Below, piece after piece: positions 36,051-44,366 of a DNA stretch of 46,196 bases. This DNA comes from a virus. Lineage: Duplodnaviria; Caudoviricetes. Made by a program: the position numbers and the translations under genes. The notes beneath the pieces were generated by a model. It worked only from the letters and a program-made list of their open reading frames with translations, was not told the DNA's origin and did no database searches. Within the stretch, counting starts at the first letter, position 1. Each line of letters begins with the position of its first letter. The stretch is from the IMG/VR virus record IMGVR_UViG_3300044487_000006, positions 1 through 46,196 of that record; one strand, written 5' to 3'.

Positions 36051-36367
36051 GCCGCCCTCATGCGCTTCTCGACGCGGGTCCACAGCATGCGGCCGATGTC
36101 GGTGCCCAGCCACGCCGCCGCTGGGACGCCGCCGTTGGTGATCTTCTCAATCGCGAAGGCGTACACCAAGCCGGGGATGCACCGCCCGTCGCACCAGTAG
36201 TCCACCATGCGGTGGTTGCACCCGAGCTGCTTCGCGAACGTATCGCGGCCCACCCCGCGACTGGTCAGCCAGAGATGCAGCACTGTGCGCTGGGCGGGGC
36301 GCTTGTTGGTGGGCACCCCGCCGTAGATCGGCAGTGGTTGCGGCCCGGGTTTGCTGGAACGTTTCAT
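36047..36367 (-). CDS. Cro/CI-type HTH transcriptional regulator
   Basis: RDTFAKQLGCNHRMVDYWCDGRCIP...AIEKITNGGV. Confidence 0.8.
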   Translation of the reverse strand: MKRSSKPGPQPLPIYGGVPTNKRPAQRTVLHLWLTSRGVGRDTFAKQLGCNHRMVDYWCDGRCIPGLVYAFAIEKITNGGVPAAAWLGTDIGRMLWTRVEKRMRAA

Positions 36368-36373
36368 TGCTGT

Positions 36374-36403
36374 AGGGTAAGATGTTACTTCGTCTGGAGT
36401 CAA
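36374..36403 (-). promoter_or_regulatory. leftward sigma70-type promoter, probably producing a leaderless mRNA
   Basis: On the minus strand TTGACT-N18-TACCCT, 6 nt before the ATG, with no SD sequence. Confidence 0.55.
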
Positions 36404-36437
36404 GTAGTACCACAAAGAGGTCAGGAGGACTGTATCT

Positions 36438-36791
36438 ATGCCGATGCCGAAAGCCGTACAGATCAACACAACACACCTCGACACGCTGAACTGGAGCCGG
36501 ATGTGCGTCGCCTTCGGCCTCAAGCTGGATGACGGCAAGGAGAAGGCGTACTCCGAGCTGACGCAGACCGAACTCCAGATTCTGCACCTGCTCCTGACCC
36601 GCGACCTCAAGCCGCTCGGCATCTCGGGCAGCATCGCGGACCAGTACCCGGGCCTTGCCACCATGGCCGCGTTCGCCAAGGCCGCTTCGGAGTGGGCCGC
36701 CCAGCACATGCCAGATCCACCAGAGGTGGTAGACCCGGACGCCAAGAACATCAACGTCCTCCACTTCAAGAAGCCCGGGAGTCAGCCGTGA
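36438..36791 (+). CDS. hypothetical protein, divergent from the HTH gene
   Basis: AGGAGG RBS, 117 aa. Confidence 0.75.
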   Translation: MPMPKAVQINTTHLDTLNWSRMCVAFGLKLDDGKEKAYSELTQTELQILHLLLTRDLKPLGISGSIADQYPGLATMAAFAKAASEWAAQHMPDPPEVVDPDAKNINVLHFKKPGSQP

Positions 36792-37075
36792 GCGGCAAGC
36801 CCTATCCCGAAGGCATCAAGCGGCTGTGCGAACTCTTTGAGCAGGTCGATGAGCGGCGGGTCAAGCTCAGCAAGCTAGTGCCCGAGCGCGACGACCTCAG
36901 CAAGCAAATCGAGCAACTTCAAGGAGAGCTGGCTGACCGCACCGCCATCATCGAGAAGGTGCTCCGCGATATGGATCTCGAATCGCCCGGGAACTTCGGA
37001 TGGACTGGCCGCCTCACGTGGGCAATCGCCGAGATGTACCGACAGCTCAAGGCGAGGGTCCACGGTGAGCCGTGA
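36788..37075 (+). CDS. hypothetical coiled-coil protein
   Basis: GTGA-coupled start SGKPYPEG. Confidence 0.6.
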   Translation: MSGKPYPEGIKRLCELFEQVDERRVKLSKLVPERDDLSKQIEQLQGELADRTAIIEKVLRDMDLESPGNFGWTGRLTWAIAEMYRQLKARVHGEP

Positions 37076-37439
37076 CCGTGAGAAGCACCGGCAGCGAGCC
37101 CGCGAGCAGACCGCGCGCCGCCACAAGCTGACCCGCTTCCTGCGCGACTGGCTCATCAAGACGCTCGGCGGTCGCTGCGAGAAGTGCGGCGAGACGAACA
37201 GCACCCTGCTGACCGTCGAGCACAAGCAGGGTCGCGACTACGAGGCTCGCAAGCTGAGCTGGCACCAGCGCATCGCCCGCTACTGGCAGGAGCACCGGTC
37301 CGGGGTGCCGCTCGGGGTGCTGTGCCTGCCGTGCAACTCCGGGGGCGGGTTGCACTGGAGCCAGCAGTACCAGCAGAAGTCAGATCCATCAGAGCAAGGT
37401 AATGGCCCGATGAATGACCTAGAGGAGGCACCTTTCTGA
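37065..37439 (+). CDS. HNH-like endonuclease
   Basis: LGGRCEKCG...LTVEH...LCLPCNS. Confidence 0.75.
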   Translation: MSRDREKHRQRAREQTARRHKLTRFLRDWLIKTLGGRCEKCGETNSTLLTVEHKQGRDYEARKLSWHQRIARYWQEHRSGVPLGVLCLPCNSGGGLHWSQQYQQKSDPSEQGNGPMNDLEEAPF

Positions 37440-37503
37440 CGAAAGGACTTGACAGGCGCGGAACTGGTGTTCTCAGTAGGGAAAAGTAAAAAGAGGGCAA
37501 TGC

Positions 37504-37561
37504 TAGGGGGGTCCGCCGAGGGGCTCCCCCCTAACATGCTCCCAAAGCAGTGAGGTGTCAA
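37504..37561 (-). promoter_or_regulatory. promoter plus GC hairpin element (copy 1)
   Basis: Minus strand: TTGACA-N17-CATGTT-a-GGGGGGAGCC-cctc-GGCGGACCCCCC. Confidence 0.65.
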
Positions 37562-37807
37562 GTGGCGTCAAGGACAATCGACGTGCCGTGCGGCTTCCAC
37601 GGGGTCCACCCGGACGCCGTGCTCTACGGTGCAGGGACGCGCATGAGCTGCTGCCGTGGGTGTCGGCGCAGTGCAGTCCTGACCTACCAGCCGCTCTACT
37701 TCGTGCCACCCGCGCTCCCACCCCAGTACAACGCCTACTTCGAGGCGCTCGGAAAGGAGCTGGTCGGAGCCGTGGGTATCCCGCCTGAGATGCTGAAGGG
37801 CAGGTAA
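37550..37807 (+). CDS. possible small Cys-rich protein
   Basis: 85 aa ORF with weak RBS; its start overlaps the regulatory element. Confidence 0.4.
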   Translation: MRCQVASRTIDVPCGFHGVHPDAVLYGAGTRMSCCRGCRRSAVLTYQPLYFVPPALPPQYNAYFEALGKELVGAVGIPPEMLKGR

Positions 37808-38321
37808 CGTGTTACTTGGATCTGTTTCTACTCCCTGTGTATGGCCCATCATCTACATACCCCCCACCCCATAGCAGTAGGGTAGGGGATAGGATGATAG
37901 GTCATGGCATGGGATTGTATGTAATGATCATTACCCATTAAGGCGAATACTGTGACCCCATATTGGCAGAGCCTACCCACTGAGGTACGCAGGTACTTCT
38001 ACATGCGGAAGCTGTTGTGGCACGCAATGCGGGATGATCATCTAGGCTTCGTGTCCTACTGGCACTGTTCGATACGCTACAGCATGTGGATCTCATAGCC
38101 GCATCTAGGCCTAGATCTGCCCATTAATCCTAGATCCACACATGGTTGCAAGATCCGCGCCGATGGATCATGGACACTCCACCTGTCCGATTTTCGGACA
38201 CCATGCAACGACCGCGCCACCGAGGGAAAACGCGGGGATCCGCGCTGGCATCGGGCCTGCAAGGCGGTTCGGCACGGTCGGCGGGCCGGACTTCCCCGGC
38301 AGCCTTCCACGGAGACGAACC
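37808..38321. other. major non-coding, lower-GC region (candidate origin, genome terminus or early control region)
   Basis: About 500 bp without a convincing ORF; clustered palindromes (ATCTAGGCCTAGAT, TGTCCGA-ttt-TCGGACA) and GATC/CTAG sites. Confidence 0.55.
38068..38090 (+). repeat. 23 bp exact direct repeat, copy 1 (copy 2 at 41065-41087)
   Basis: TTCGATACGCTACAGCATGTGGA. Confidence 0.9.
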
Positions 38322-38753
38322 ATGGCCCAGAACAAGTCGATTCCCGTCCTCAACCTCACCAACGTCCCGCTCCACGAGTCAGAGAGCGGCGGCGTGAAGT
38401 ACTTCAGCATCGGGGGCAACACCGCGCAGTTGCCCGACGGCAGGTTGGTCAAGCTGTTCGCCGCGAAGCGGCCCCCGCCGAACGCCGAGCAGATCACCGG
38501 TCCCGACGGCAAGACCCGCTACTTCCACACCCTCGCCGACGGGACCAAGGTCAACGCGCCGTGGACGTGGCAGGTGAGCTTCAGCTTCGTCGAGGCGGGC
38601 CCCGTCAAGACGGTCGCCCCCAAGGCTGAGGCGAAGCGGCAGGCCAAGCTGGAGACGGCCAAGGTCACGGCGCAGCCCGCCCAGACGGCGAGCAACACGC
38701 TGACCGCCGAGGAGGTCGCCGTCCTTCGCATGGCTCTCGCCAAGCTGGCCTGA
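38322..38753 (+). CDS. hypothetical early protein
   Basis: GGAG RBS, strong codon bias, followed by a hairpin. Confidence 0.75.
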   Translation: MAQNKSIPVLNLTNVPLHESESGGVKYFSIGGNTAQLPDGRLVKLFAAKRPPPNAEQITGPDGKTRYFHTLADGTKVNAPWTWQVSFSFVEAGPVKTVAPKAEAKRQAKLETAKVTAQPAQTASNTLTAEEVAVLRMALAKLA

Positions 38754-38769
38754 AGTCACGGATTCGCCA

Positions 38770-38801
38770 CTGCCCCCGAGGGGATTTCCTCTCGGGGGCA
38801 G
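38770..38801 (+). terminator. hairpin / probable terminator
   Basis: CTGCCCCCGAG-N10-CTCGGGGGCAG, 11 bp stem. Confidence 0.6.
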
Positions 38802-38831
38802 AGTCGTTTCTGGAGACCCGAAAGGACGCCG

Positions 38832-39161
38832 ATGGACAAGCCCAGACCGAAGCGCAAGCCCAAGGGAGGCTGGCCAGCCTTCCATGCCAAGCCCCAGACT
38901 GCGGAGGAGATTGAAGCCGCAATCGTGGCCTACCTCAGGACGCTCCTCCCCGTGGTCCTCCCCCCTCGGCACGTCGAGCCGTGGGACCCGAGCGACCCTG
39001 AGCAGGTGGCGAAGTTCAACGCGATGCGGGCGGCGGACACGGAGGCCGAGCACGCCGAACTGGACCTCGGGGTCCTCCGCTGGAACGTCGAGAACGACGC
39101 CAGAGCGTGGGCTCAGAAGCGCCCCGCGCCTCGCTTCGTCGGGACCATTGACGACCTGTAG
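38832..39161 (+). CDS. hypothetical protein
   Basis: AAAGGA RBS, 109 aa. Confidence 0.65.
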   Translation: MDKPRPKRKPKGGWPAFHAKPQTAEEIEAAIVAYLRTLLPVVLPPRHVEPWDPSDPEQVAKFNAMRAADTEAEHAELDLGVLRWNVENDARAWAQKRPAPRFVGTIDDL

Positions 39162-39190
39162 CTAGCGGGTAACCCCTTACCTACGCTAGG

Positions 39191-39222
39191 AAGCCCCTAG
39201 GCCAGTTCGGCTAGGGGCTTTT
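39191..39222 (+). terminator. intrinsic terminator
   Basis: AAGCCCCTAG-N10-CTAGGGGCTT followed by TT. Confidence 0.7.
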
Positions 39223-39278
39223 GGCGTTTGTACCTGTAGCATCGGCAGTCCAACCCAGTAGTGAGGAGGATCCAAACA

Positions 39279-39590
39279 ATGGACAAGCTGTTGACCTCGA
39301 AGCAGCTCAAGAAGCACTGGCGGTTCGAGGGCCAAGAGAGGTTCGTGCCACACTTCTACGAGCTTTGGGGGGAGTCTGCCCAGAGTGAGGAGGTCTTCCC
39401 TTGGGAGGGCCGCGCTGCTGCACGCTTCGAAGTCACTGAGAGCGACGTGGCCAAGTTCCCTGAGCTAGACGGTATCCCTGCCGTGTGCCTCATGGAGACG
39501 AACGAGGGGTTTGTCGAGCAGATTTCGGTGCAGGACTTCGAGATGTTGGACGATGCCGCACAGGCATTCGGAGAGGAGCTGGACGAGTGA
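39279..39590 (+). CDS. hypothetical acidic protein
   Basis: GAGGAGG RBS. Confidence 0.7.
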   Translation: MDKLLTSKQLKKHWRFEGQERFVPHFYELWGESAQSEEVFPWEGRAAARFEVTESDVAKFPELDGIPAVCLMETNEGFVEQISVQDFEMLDDAAQAFGEELDE

Positions 39591-39802
39591 AGATCTACGA
39601 CAAGGAGCAGTTGAGGCGGGCCATGCGCAGCGACGCGGGGCTCAATCAGGAGTTCAACGCGCCGAAGCCCGGCCAGTGCGTCGTGCTGGAGACGGTGGTC
39701 GCCGAGCCCGCTCGCGTGGATGACCAGCGCGAGTGGAAGGACCTGATGCGCGAGCTGCGTCAGTTCGTCGCGGTCGGCCTTCCCTCCAAGGTGTCGCGAT
39801 GA
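39587..39802 (+). CDS. hypothetical protein
   Basis: GTGA-coupled. Confidence 0.55.
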   Translation: MKIYDKEQLRRAMRSDAGLNQEFNAPKPGQCVVLETVVAEPARVDDQREWKDLMRELRQFVAVGLPSKVSR

Positions 39803-40014
39803 CGCACTGCCTCCGCTGTGGGCAGCTCATGAACCCCGAGCCGCACCATGACTCCATCCTATGGTGCTCGGCCTGCTGGATGGCATGGGCGCGGGGTCCC
39901 GTCACGCAAGAGCTGTCGCAGGAGTTCATTCGCGACAGCATCCCGCCCAAGCTCGGCACCCGCGACATGTGCGTGTGTGGGGCTCACCGAAGGAAGATCC
40001 GGGTGTCGCGATGA
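39799..40014 (+). CDS. small zinc-binding protein
   Basis: CLRC...CSAC...CVC; ATGA-coupled. Confidence 0.55.
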   Translation: MTHCLRCGQLMNPEPHHDSILWCSACWMAWARGPVTQELSQEFIRDSIPPKLGTRDMCVCGAHRRKIRVSR

Positions 40015-40211
40015 GCTTCTACAACATCGTGCGGCACTACTACACGAAGCCCAAGCGCACCATCAAGCGCGGGGTGACCCTGAAGGAAGCGCAGGCGCAC
40101 TGCCGCGACCCCGAGACGAGCAGCAGGACCTGTACGTCCGCTGCGTCCAAGCGCATCACCGCGCGAGCCGGGTGCTCGTGGTTCGACGGCTACGAGGAGT
40201 GCAAGCGATGA
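40011..40211 (+). CDS. small conserved phage protein
   Basis: YNIVRHY...GVTLKEAQAHCRDPETSS...WFDGYEE pattern. Confidence 0.7.
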   Translation: MSFYNIVRHYYTKPKRTIKRGVTLKEAQAHCRDPETSSRTCTSAASKRITARAGCSWFDGYEECKR

Positions 40212-40435
40212 AGTGCCAGATTCAGTGGATCGACAAGGCGGGCAAGCCCACACCTGACGACAACGAAGCAGTCTGCTTCGCGGTCTTCACTGCCATCGAC
40301 GCCACGACGCGCAGCGACCGCAAGTTCCCCTGCTGCGCGAAGCACGCACAGGAGCTGGAGGAGCTGGAGGCCAATGGCTGGAACTTCAGCACCATAACTT
40401 CCACCAAGACCTGCTGGACCAGAGAGGAGCTGTGA
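40208..40435 (+). CDS. hypothetical protein
   Basis: MKCQIQWID...PTPDDNEAV...CCAKH; ATGA-coupled. Confidence 0.65.
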   Translation: MKCQIQWIDKAGKPTPDDNEAVCFAVFTAIDATTRSDRKFPCCAKHAQELEELEANGWNFSTITSTKTCWTREEL

Positions 40436-40436
40436 C

Positions 40437-40613
40437 ATGCCCAACATCTTCGAGCAGGCCCGCGAGGAGCTGAAGTGCTGCTGCGACCCGCAGCACATCT
40501 TCCTCGCCAAGCAGTTGGAGCGCGCCAAGCGGGCATTCCTCGCGAAGCCGAGTGCGGCGACGCGCAAGGCAGTGGACTACGCGGCAGGAAGGCTCAAGGA
40601 GGCGCTCAAGTGA
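40437..40613 (+). CDS. hypothetical protein (below the ORF track cutoff)
   Basis: MPNIFEQAREELKCCCDP; GAGGAG RBS; fills the gap. Confidence 0.55.
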   Translation: MPNIFEQAREELKCCCDPQHIFLAKQLERAKRAFLAKPSAATRKAVDYAAGRLKEALK

Positions 40614-40726
40614 GCTGGGCGTGGGAGCACCCGTACTTGACGTTCGCGATCGTCATCTTTGCGCTCGCGACGGTCGAATCGTTTGCCGAGGCGAGAGCCG
40701 CTCGGAAGAAAGGCAAGAAGCCGTGA
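40610..40726 (+). CDS. small membrane peptide
   Basis: SWAWEHPYLTFAIVIFALATV plus a basic tail; AAGGAGG RBS. Confidence 0.5.
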   Translation: MSWAWEHPYLTFAIVIFALATVESFAEARAARKKGKKP

Positions 40727-41265
40727 ACATCACCTACGAGGTCCGCATCGAGCCTGAGGACGAGCAGGTGCGCGGCAACGCGGCGGCGACAGACGACGCG
40801 GAGGCCGACAAGCGCGTGGAGGACGCAATCCTTCAGGAGCTGAAGTGCGGCAACATCACCTACTGGTGCTGTATCAGCGTCATCGCCAAGGTGGAGCTGA
40901 ACGGCACGCCCTTCGCTGGGCAGACCTCGCTGGGGTGCTGCTCCTACAGCAACAATGAGGAGTGCCTCGCGGCAGTGGACGAGTACGGCATGAAGGAGCT
41001 GGCTCGCGACGACCTGAAGCGGATCCTCAAGGCTCAAATCGAGCGCGGTCGGCTGGCCAGCATCTTCGATACGCTACAGCATGTGGAGAGCTTTCGCACA
41101 TCGCACAAGTCGGATGGAGATCTCCAGACCGACATTCTGGATTGCATCACTGACCTGTGCCATCTGCTGAAGCGCGACAGGCTCAGGCTGACCATTCCTC
41201 AAGTCGAGCGAATGGCGAGCGCTGCGGTGCGGCGGTTCGTCGAAGAGGAGTTGGAAAATGAATGA
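40723..41265 (+). CDS. hypothetical protein
   Basis: GTGA-coupled, 180 aa; contains copy 2 of the 23 bp repeat. Confidence 0.7.
   Translation: MNITYEVRIEPEDEQVRGNAAATDDAEADKRVEDAILQELKCGNITYWCCISVIAKVELNGTPFAGQTSLGCCSYSNNEECLAAVDEYGMKELARDDLKRILKAQIERGRLASIFDTLQHVESFRTSHKSDGDLQTDILDCITDLCHLLKRDRLRLTIPQVERMASAAVRRFVEEELENE
41065..41087 (+). repeat. 23 bp exact direct repeat, copy 2
   Basis: TTCGATACGCTACAGCATGTGGA. Confidence 0.9.
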
Positions 41266-41539
41266 CAAGGAGAAGAAGGCGCTGTTCGTCCTCCTCGCGA
41301 AGGAGGCGCTCGCAGTGCAGGACGCCAGCAACCTGAGCGGCGTGCTGCTCAGCTACCAGCGGAGCCTCGTGAAGCTGAAGGAGCTGCTGGGCGGCAACGC
41401 GGCCGACTCGCACCCCATCAGTCAGGTGTGGGCCGACAAGGTGGCGCACCTGAGCCGTACGCAGACGCTGGGCAACTCGGAGGTCATGGCGGCCTTCGAT
41501 ATCGTACACAACATCGCCGAAGGAAGGGTAGATCCATGA
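41258..41539 (+). CDS. hypothetical protein
   Basis: ALAVQDASNLSGV...HPI...WADK; GAGGAG RBS. Confidence 0.7.
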   Translation: MNDKEKKALFVLLAKEALAVQDASNLSGVLLSYQRSLVKLKELLGGNAADSHPISQVWADKVAHLSRTQTLGNSEVMAAFDIVHNIAEGRVDP

Positions 41540-41949
41540 ACGAAACCAAGGAGTCGGCACAGGAGCAGATGCGCGGCATCAGCGACTTCCTGACCGAGAA
41601 GGCGCGCATCCTGTCGGAGGCCAGCAAGCGGGCGACGCAGCAGGCGAAGCGAACGCCCGTCAAGCGGATGGGGGCGCGACCCTTCATCTACGAGTTCTTC
41701 CGCCTCGCCCGGTACGGCGATGAGGTGGACCACCTGCGCACTTCGAGCGCCGTCTCGTGCAAGCGCATCGACACGGACAGCAAGGAGTGGCCGCTCGGCA
41801 ACACCGGCGAGAACGGCGTGGTGCTGGCCTACGAGCACCTCGGCGTGCTGCGGTACTGCCCCGAGTCGCAGCGCTCGCTGATGGAGCGCCAACTGGGGCG
41901 GACCCTCCTCGCCGTGTACCTCGACCCGGCGGTGACCTCGGTCGAGTAG
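41536..41949 (+). CDS. hypothetical protein
   Basis: ATGA-coupled. Confidence 0.65.
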   Translation: MNETKESAQEQMRGISDFLTEKARILSEASKRATQQAKRTPVKRMGARPFIYEFFRLARYGDEVDHLRTSSAVSCKRIDTDSKEWPLGNTGENGVVLAYEHLGVLRYCPESQRSLMERQLGRTLLAVYLDPAVTSVE

Positions 41950-42016
41950 GACGACTGCCGGGCGCTACCCGGCACCACGCCTCACGCGGAGATGGGCGCC
42001 GCACATGGAGGATACG

Positions 42017-42304
42017 ATGGGCATCGCAGCGTACAACAACGGCTCTCGCGTCATCGCGGCGGAAGTTGAGAGCCACATGCCCGCGGCACAGGCGCGGGCC
42101 GATCGGCAGGCCCACAAGGACGAGATCGAGCGACTGAAGAACCGCGTCGCACAGGCAGAGAGGAAACTGGCTCGCGCGCGTCGGTGCCTCGCCGCTGAGC
42201 GATACGCGCGCGCGAAGCGTGAGGGCGAACTCAAGACCGAACTCAAGGCCGCCGCATTCAGCACGTCGGTTCTCTGCCGTCTCGCGTTCGGAGACAAGCG
42301 ATGA
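42017..42304 (+). CDS. hypothetical coiled-coil protein
   Basis: GGAGG RBS before MGIAAYN. Confidence 0.6.
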   Translation: MGIAAYNNGSRVIAAEVESHMPAAQARADRQAHKDEIERLKNRVAQAERKLARARRCLAAERYARAKREGELKTELKAAAFSTSVLCRLAFGDKR

Positions 42305-42645
42305 GTGCCCGCGAGAGGCCGACTGTCAACGTCTGCGAACACGGCGATCACCCGGCCCCGGCTGGAAAGCGGTTCTGTTCGCCCGCATGTCAGCGATGCG
42401 AGAGCGAGTCGCGAAACAGAGAGACCGGTTGCGATGGCATCTGCACCCGCCCGACTCTCAAGCCCCGCCAGAAAAAGCACGCCGGGGGCCGCCCCGTCAC
42501 CATCGGCGCTGACCCAGAGGCAGAGCTGCGCGCGGCCCGAGTTGAGATCGCCCACCTCCGCGAACTGGTGCGCACCCTCTGGAACGGCTCGCCCGCGCGC
42601 GAGGCCGCCGACATGATCGCCGCCGTCGAAGCCGCCCTGAAGTGA
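42301..42645 (+). CDS. Cys-rich zinc-finger-like protein
   Basis: CEH...RFCSPACQRC...CDGIC. Confidence 0.6.
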   Translation: MSARERPTVNVCEHGDHPAPAGKRFCSPACQRCESESRNRETGCDGICTRPTLKPRQKKHAGGRPVTIGADPEAELRAARVEIAHLRELVRTLWNGSPAREAADMIAAVEAALK

Positions 42646-43025
42646 ACCACCAACCCCGAAAGGTCCCCATGCCCACCCCGAAGATCCTCCCCCTCAGGTC
42701 TCTCCCCGGCTTCCGGCCGCTGTACCAGCGCGCGGTGGAGGGCTTCACCTACGCCCTCGGCGCCGACGACTGCCCGACCCTCGTGAAGCTCAAGATCTAC
42801 GGCGCCAGCCCCGTCAACCTGGCGGTGCGCGCGTACCGCCTGGCCGCGCGGCTGGCTGAGCTGTACAGCTACAGCGCGCTCATTGCTGAGGTCCGCGACG
42901 GGGCAGCCATCCTCTACCCCAAGCGGCACAGCGTCACGACCTCGAAGCACCAGACGTGGGCGGGCGGGGCCGCACACTACAGCTTCGGGCCATACAAAGT
43001 GGTCAGCCCGGAGGAGCAGAAGTGA
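42642..43025 (+). CDS. hypothetical protein
   Basis: SVTTSKHQ motif; start could be 42669. Confidence 0.6.
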   Translation: MNHQPRKVPMPTPKILPLRSLPGFRPLYQRAVEGFTYALGADDCPTLVKLKIYGASPVNLAVRAYRLAARLAELYSYSALIAEVRDGAAILYPKRHSVTTSKHQTWAGGAAHYSFGPYKVVSPEEQK

Positions 43026-43291
43026 CGCAGGCCGATGCGGAAGCGGTGTTCAAGCTCGTGGCGGGCATCAGGGAGAAGCGCGCGCAGGAGGCAGTTCTCC
43101 TCGCCGAGCTTGAGCACACCGTCGCCATCGAGGTCGGCACCCAAGTGACCCTGAAGTTCACGCGCTTCATCTCGAAGCACGCCATCCCCTGTACGCACTG
43201 CGGCCACTTCATCAACATCCCCAACGATGCCATCGCGGTCAAGGTGGGCGACCGCTACTGGCACATGTTCCACTGCAAGAAAGGCACATAA
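43022..43291 (+). CDS. hypothetical protein with CxxC...HxxHC motif
   Basis: GGAGGAG RBS, GTGA-coupled. Confidence 0.55.
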   Translation: MTQADAEAVFKLVAGIREKRAQEAVLLAELEHTVAIEVGTQVTLKFTRFISKHAIPCTHCGHFINIPNDAIAVKVGDRYWHMFHCKKGT

Positions 43292-43376
43292 TGATCTCTG
43301 CATCCGATGCTGGCATCCTGCTGGCGTGCATCGTTGTCGTGCTGCTCGCCATGTGCGGCGAGCTGAGGAGAGACTG

Positions 43377-43568
43377 ATGGACCCGAACGCGAACCTCAAG
43401 GAGCAGTTGGAGCTGGCCAAGCGGCTCATCGACGACAACACAGACCAAGATGCAGCGTACCGGCTCGCCGAGCTGGTGCTCGCGCTCGACGAGTGGATCC
43501 GCAAAGGGGGATTCCTGCCCGAGGCATGGGACAAGCAGCTCCACTTCGGACCGAGACGCCCGCGGTAG
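43377..43568 (+). CDS. small conserved phage protein (MDPNA...LDEW..KGGFLP..W family)
   Basis: Recognisable motif; GAGGAG RBS. Confidence 0.75.
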   Translation: MDPNANLKEQLELAKRLIDDNTDQDAAYRLAELVLALDEWIRKGGFLPEAWDKQLHFGPRRPR

Positions 43569-43624
43569 TTGACAAGCCCGGAACTTTCAGGCATGTTGGG
43601 GGGAGCCGACCGGGCGGACCCCCC
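43569..43624 (+). promoter_or_regulatory. promoter plus GC hairpin element (copy 2)
   Basis: TTGACA-N17-CATGTT-GGGGGGAGCC-gaccg-GGCGGACCCCCC. Confidence 0.7.
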
Positions 43625-43639
43625 AGAGAGGCAGGAACC

Positions 43640-43885
43640 GTGACTCGCGTGAGGAAGAAGCGCTCTGAGAGCGCGCTGATGTTCGCCGAGCGAGTCAAGC
43701 TCGACAGGCTACGCAAGCACCCGGGGCAAGTCATGTTCGCGGGTCGCTGGCGTACGAGGCGCGAGGCCTTCGAGTGGATCCGCAACATGCGCGAGTGGCG
43801 GGGAGCGAAGGAATCGGAAGACCTCGCGTACTGGATTCTACGACTCGGGAGCGCCGAGCTGCGCTTCAAGAAGGTGTGGCCGTGA
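43640..43885 (+). CDS. hypothetical basic protein
   Basis: GTG after AGGA; coupled to the next gene. Confidence 0.55.
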   Translation: MTRVRKKRSESALMFAERVKLDRLRKHPGQVMFAGRWRTRREAFEWIRNMREWRGAKESEDLAYWILRLGSAELRFKKVWP

Positions 43886-44352
43886 CGCCTGACGTGAAGG
43901 ACCTCGCGAGCAGCGACTTGCTAGAGCTGTGGGCGGACAGCCTCGGGCAGAGGTCTGCCCTGATGGTGAAGGCGTCCACCTGCAAGCGGGCGAAGACTGC
44001 GCGCGGGCTGTGGGCTGCGGCGCGCGGAGTGGAGGAGGCCGCCGAGAAGTACAAGGTGGAGGTCTACCGCCGCATGGGCGTGCCGCTCATCGGCAAGACG
44101 GTCGGGCTCGTGGTGTACGCGGCGAGCCGGCACCACAAGCAGTGCGACAAGTGTCACGGGTCAGGCGGGATGAACGGCCGCTTCCTGCACTGGTGGACCA
44201 AGGAGATGGATCCGCTCCCGTACATGCAGGCGCGGCAGGGGGCCTCGAAGAAGCAGGTGATGGAGTCGATTCAGCAGTGCGCGCTGCTGTGCAACAGGTG
44301 CGCGGCCAAGAAGGGTGGGCGGTTCGACAAGCAGGGCAAACCGAAGTTCTAG
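43882..44352 (+). CDS. protein with degenerate HNH-like zinc domain
   Basis: CDKC...FLHW...ESIQQCALLCNRC. Confidence 0.55.
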   Translation: MTPDVKDLASSDLLELWADSLGQRSALMVKASTCKRAKTARGLWAAARGVEEAAEKYKVEVYRRMGVPLIGKTVGLVVYAASRHHKQCDKCHGSGGMNGRFLHWWTKEMDPLPYMQARQGASKKQVMESIQQCALLCNRCAAKKGGRFDKQGKPKF

Positions 44353-44366
44353 ATGGGAGGTAGCAC

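Noticed and set aside
37449-37480. Plus-strand TTGACA promoter
   Set aside because: No plausible -10 at 16-18 nt spacing, although TTGACAnGCnCGGAACT resembles the 43569 promoter
38018-38032. Sigma54-like TGGCACG site
   Set aside because: GG-to-GC spacing is 8 nt, not the required 10
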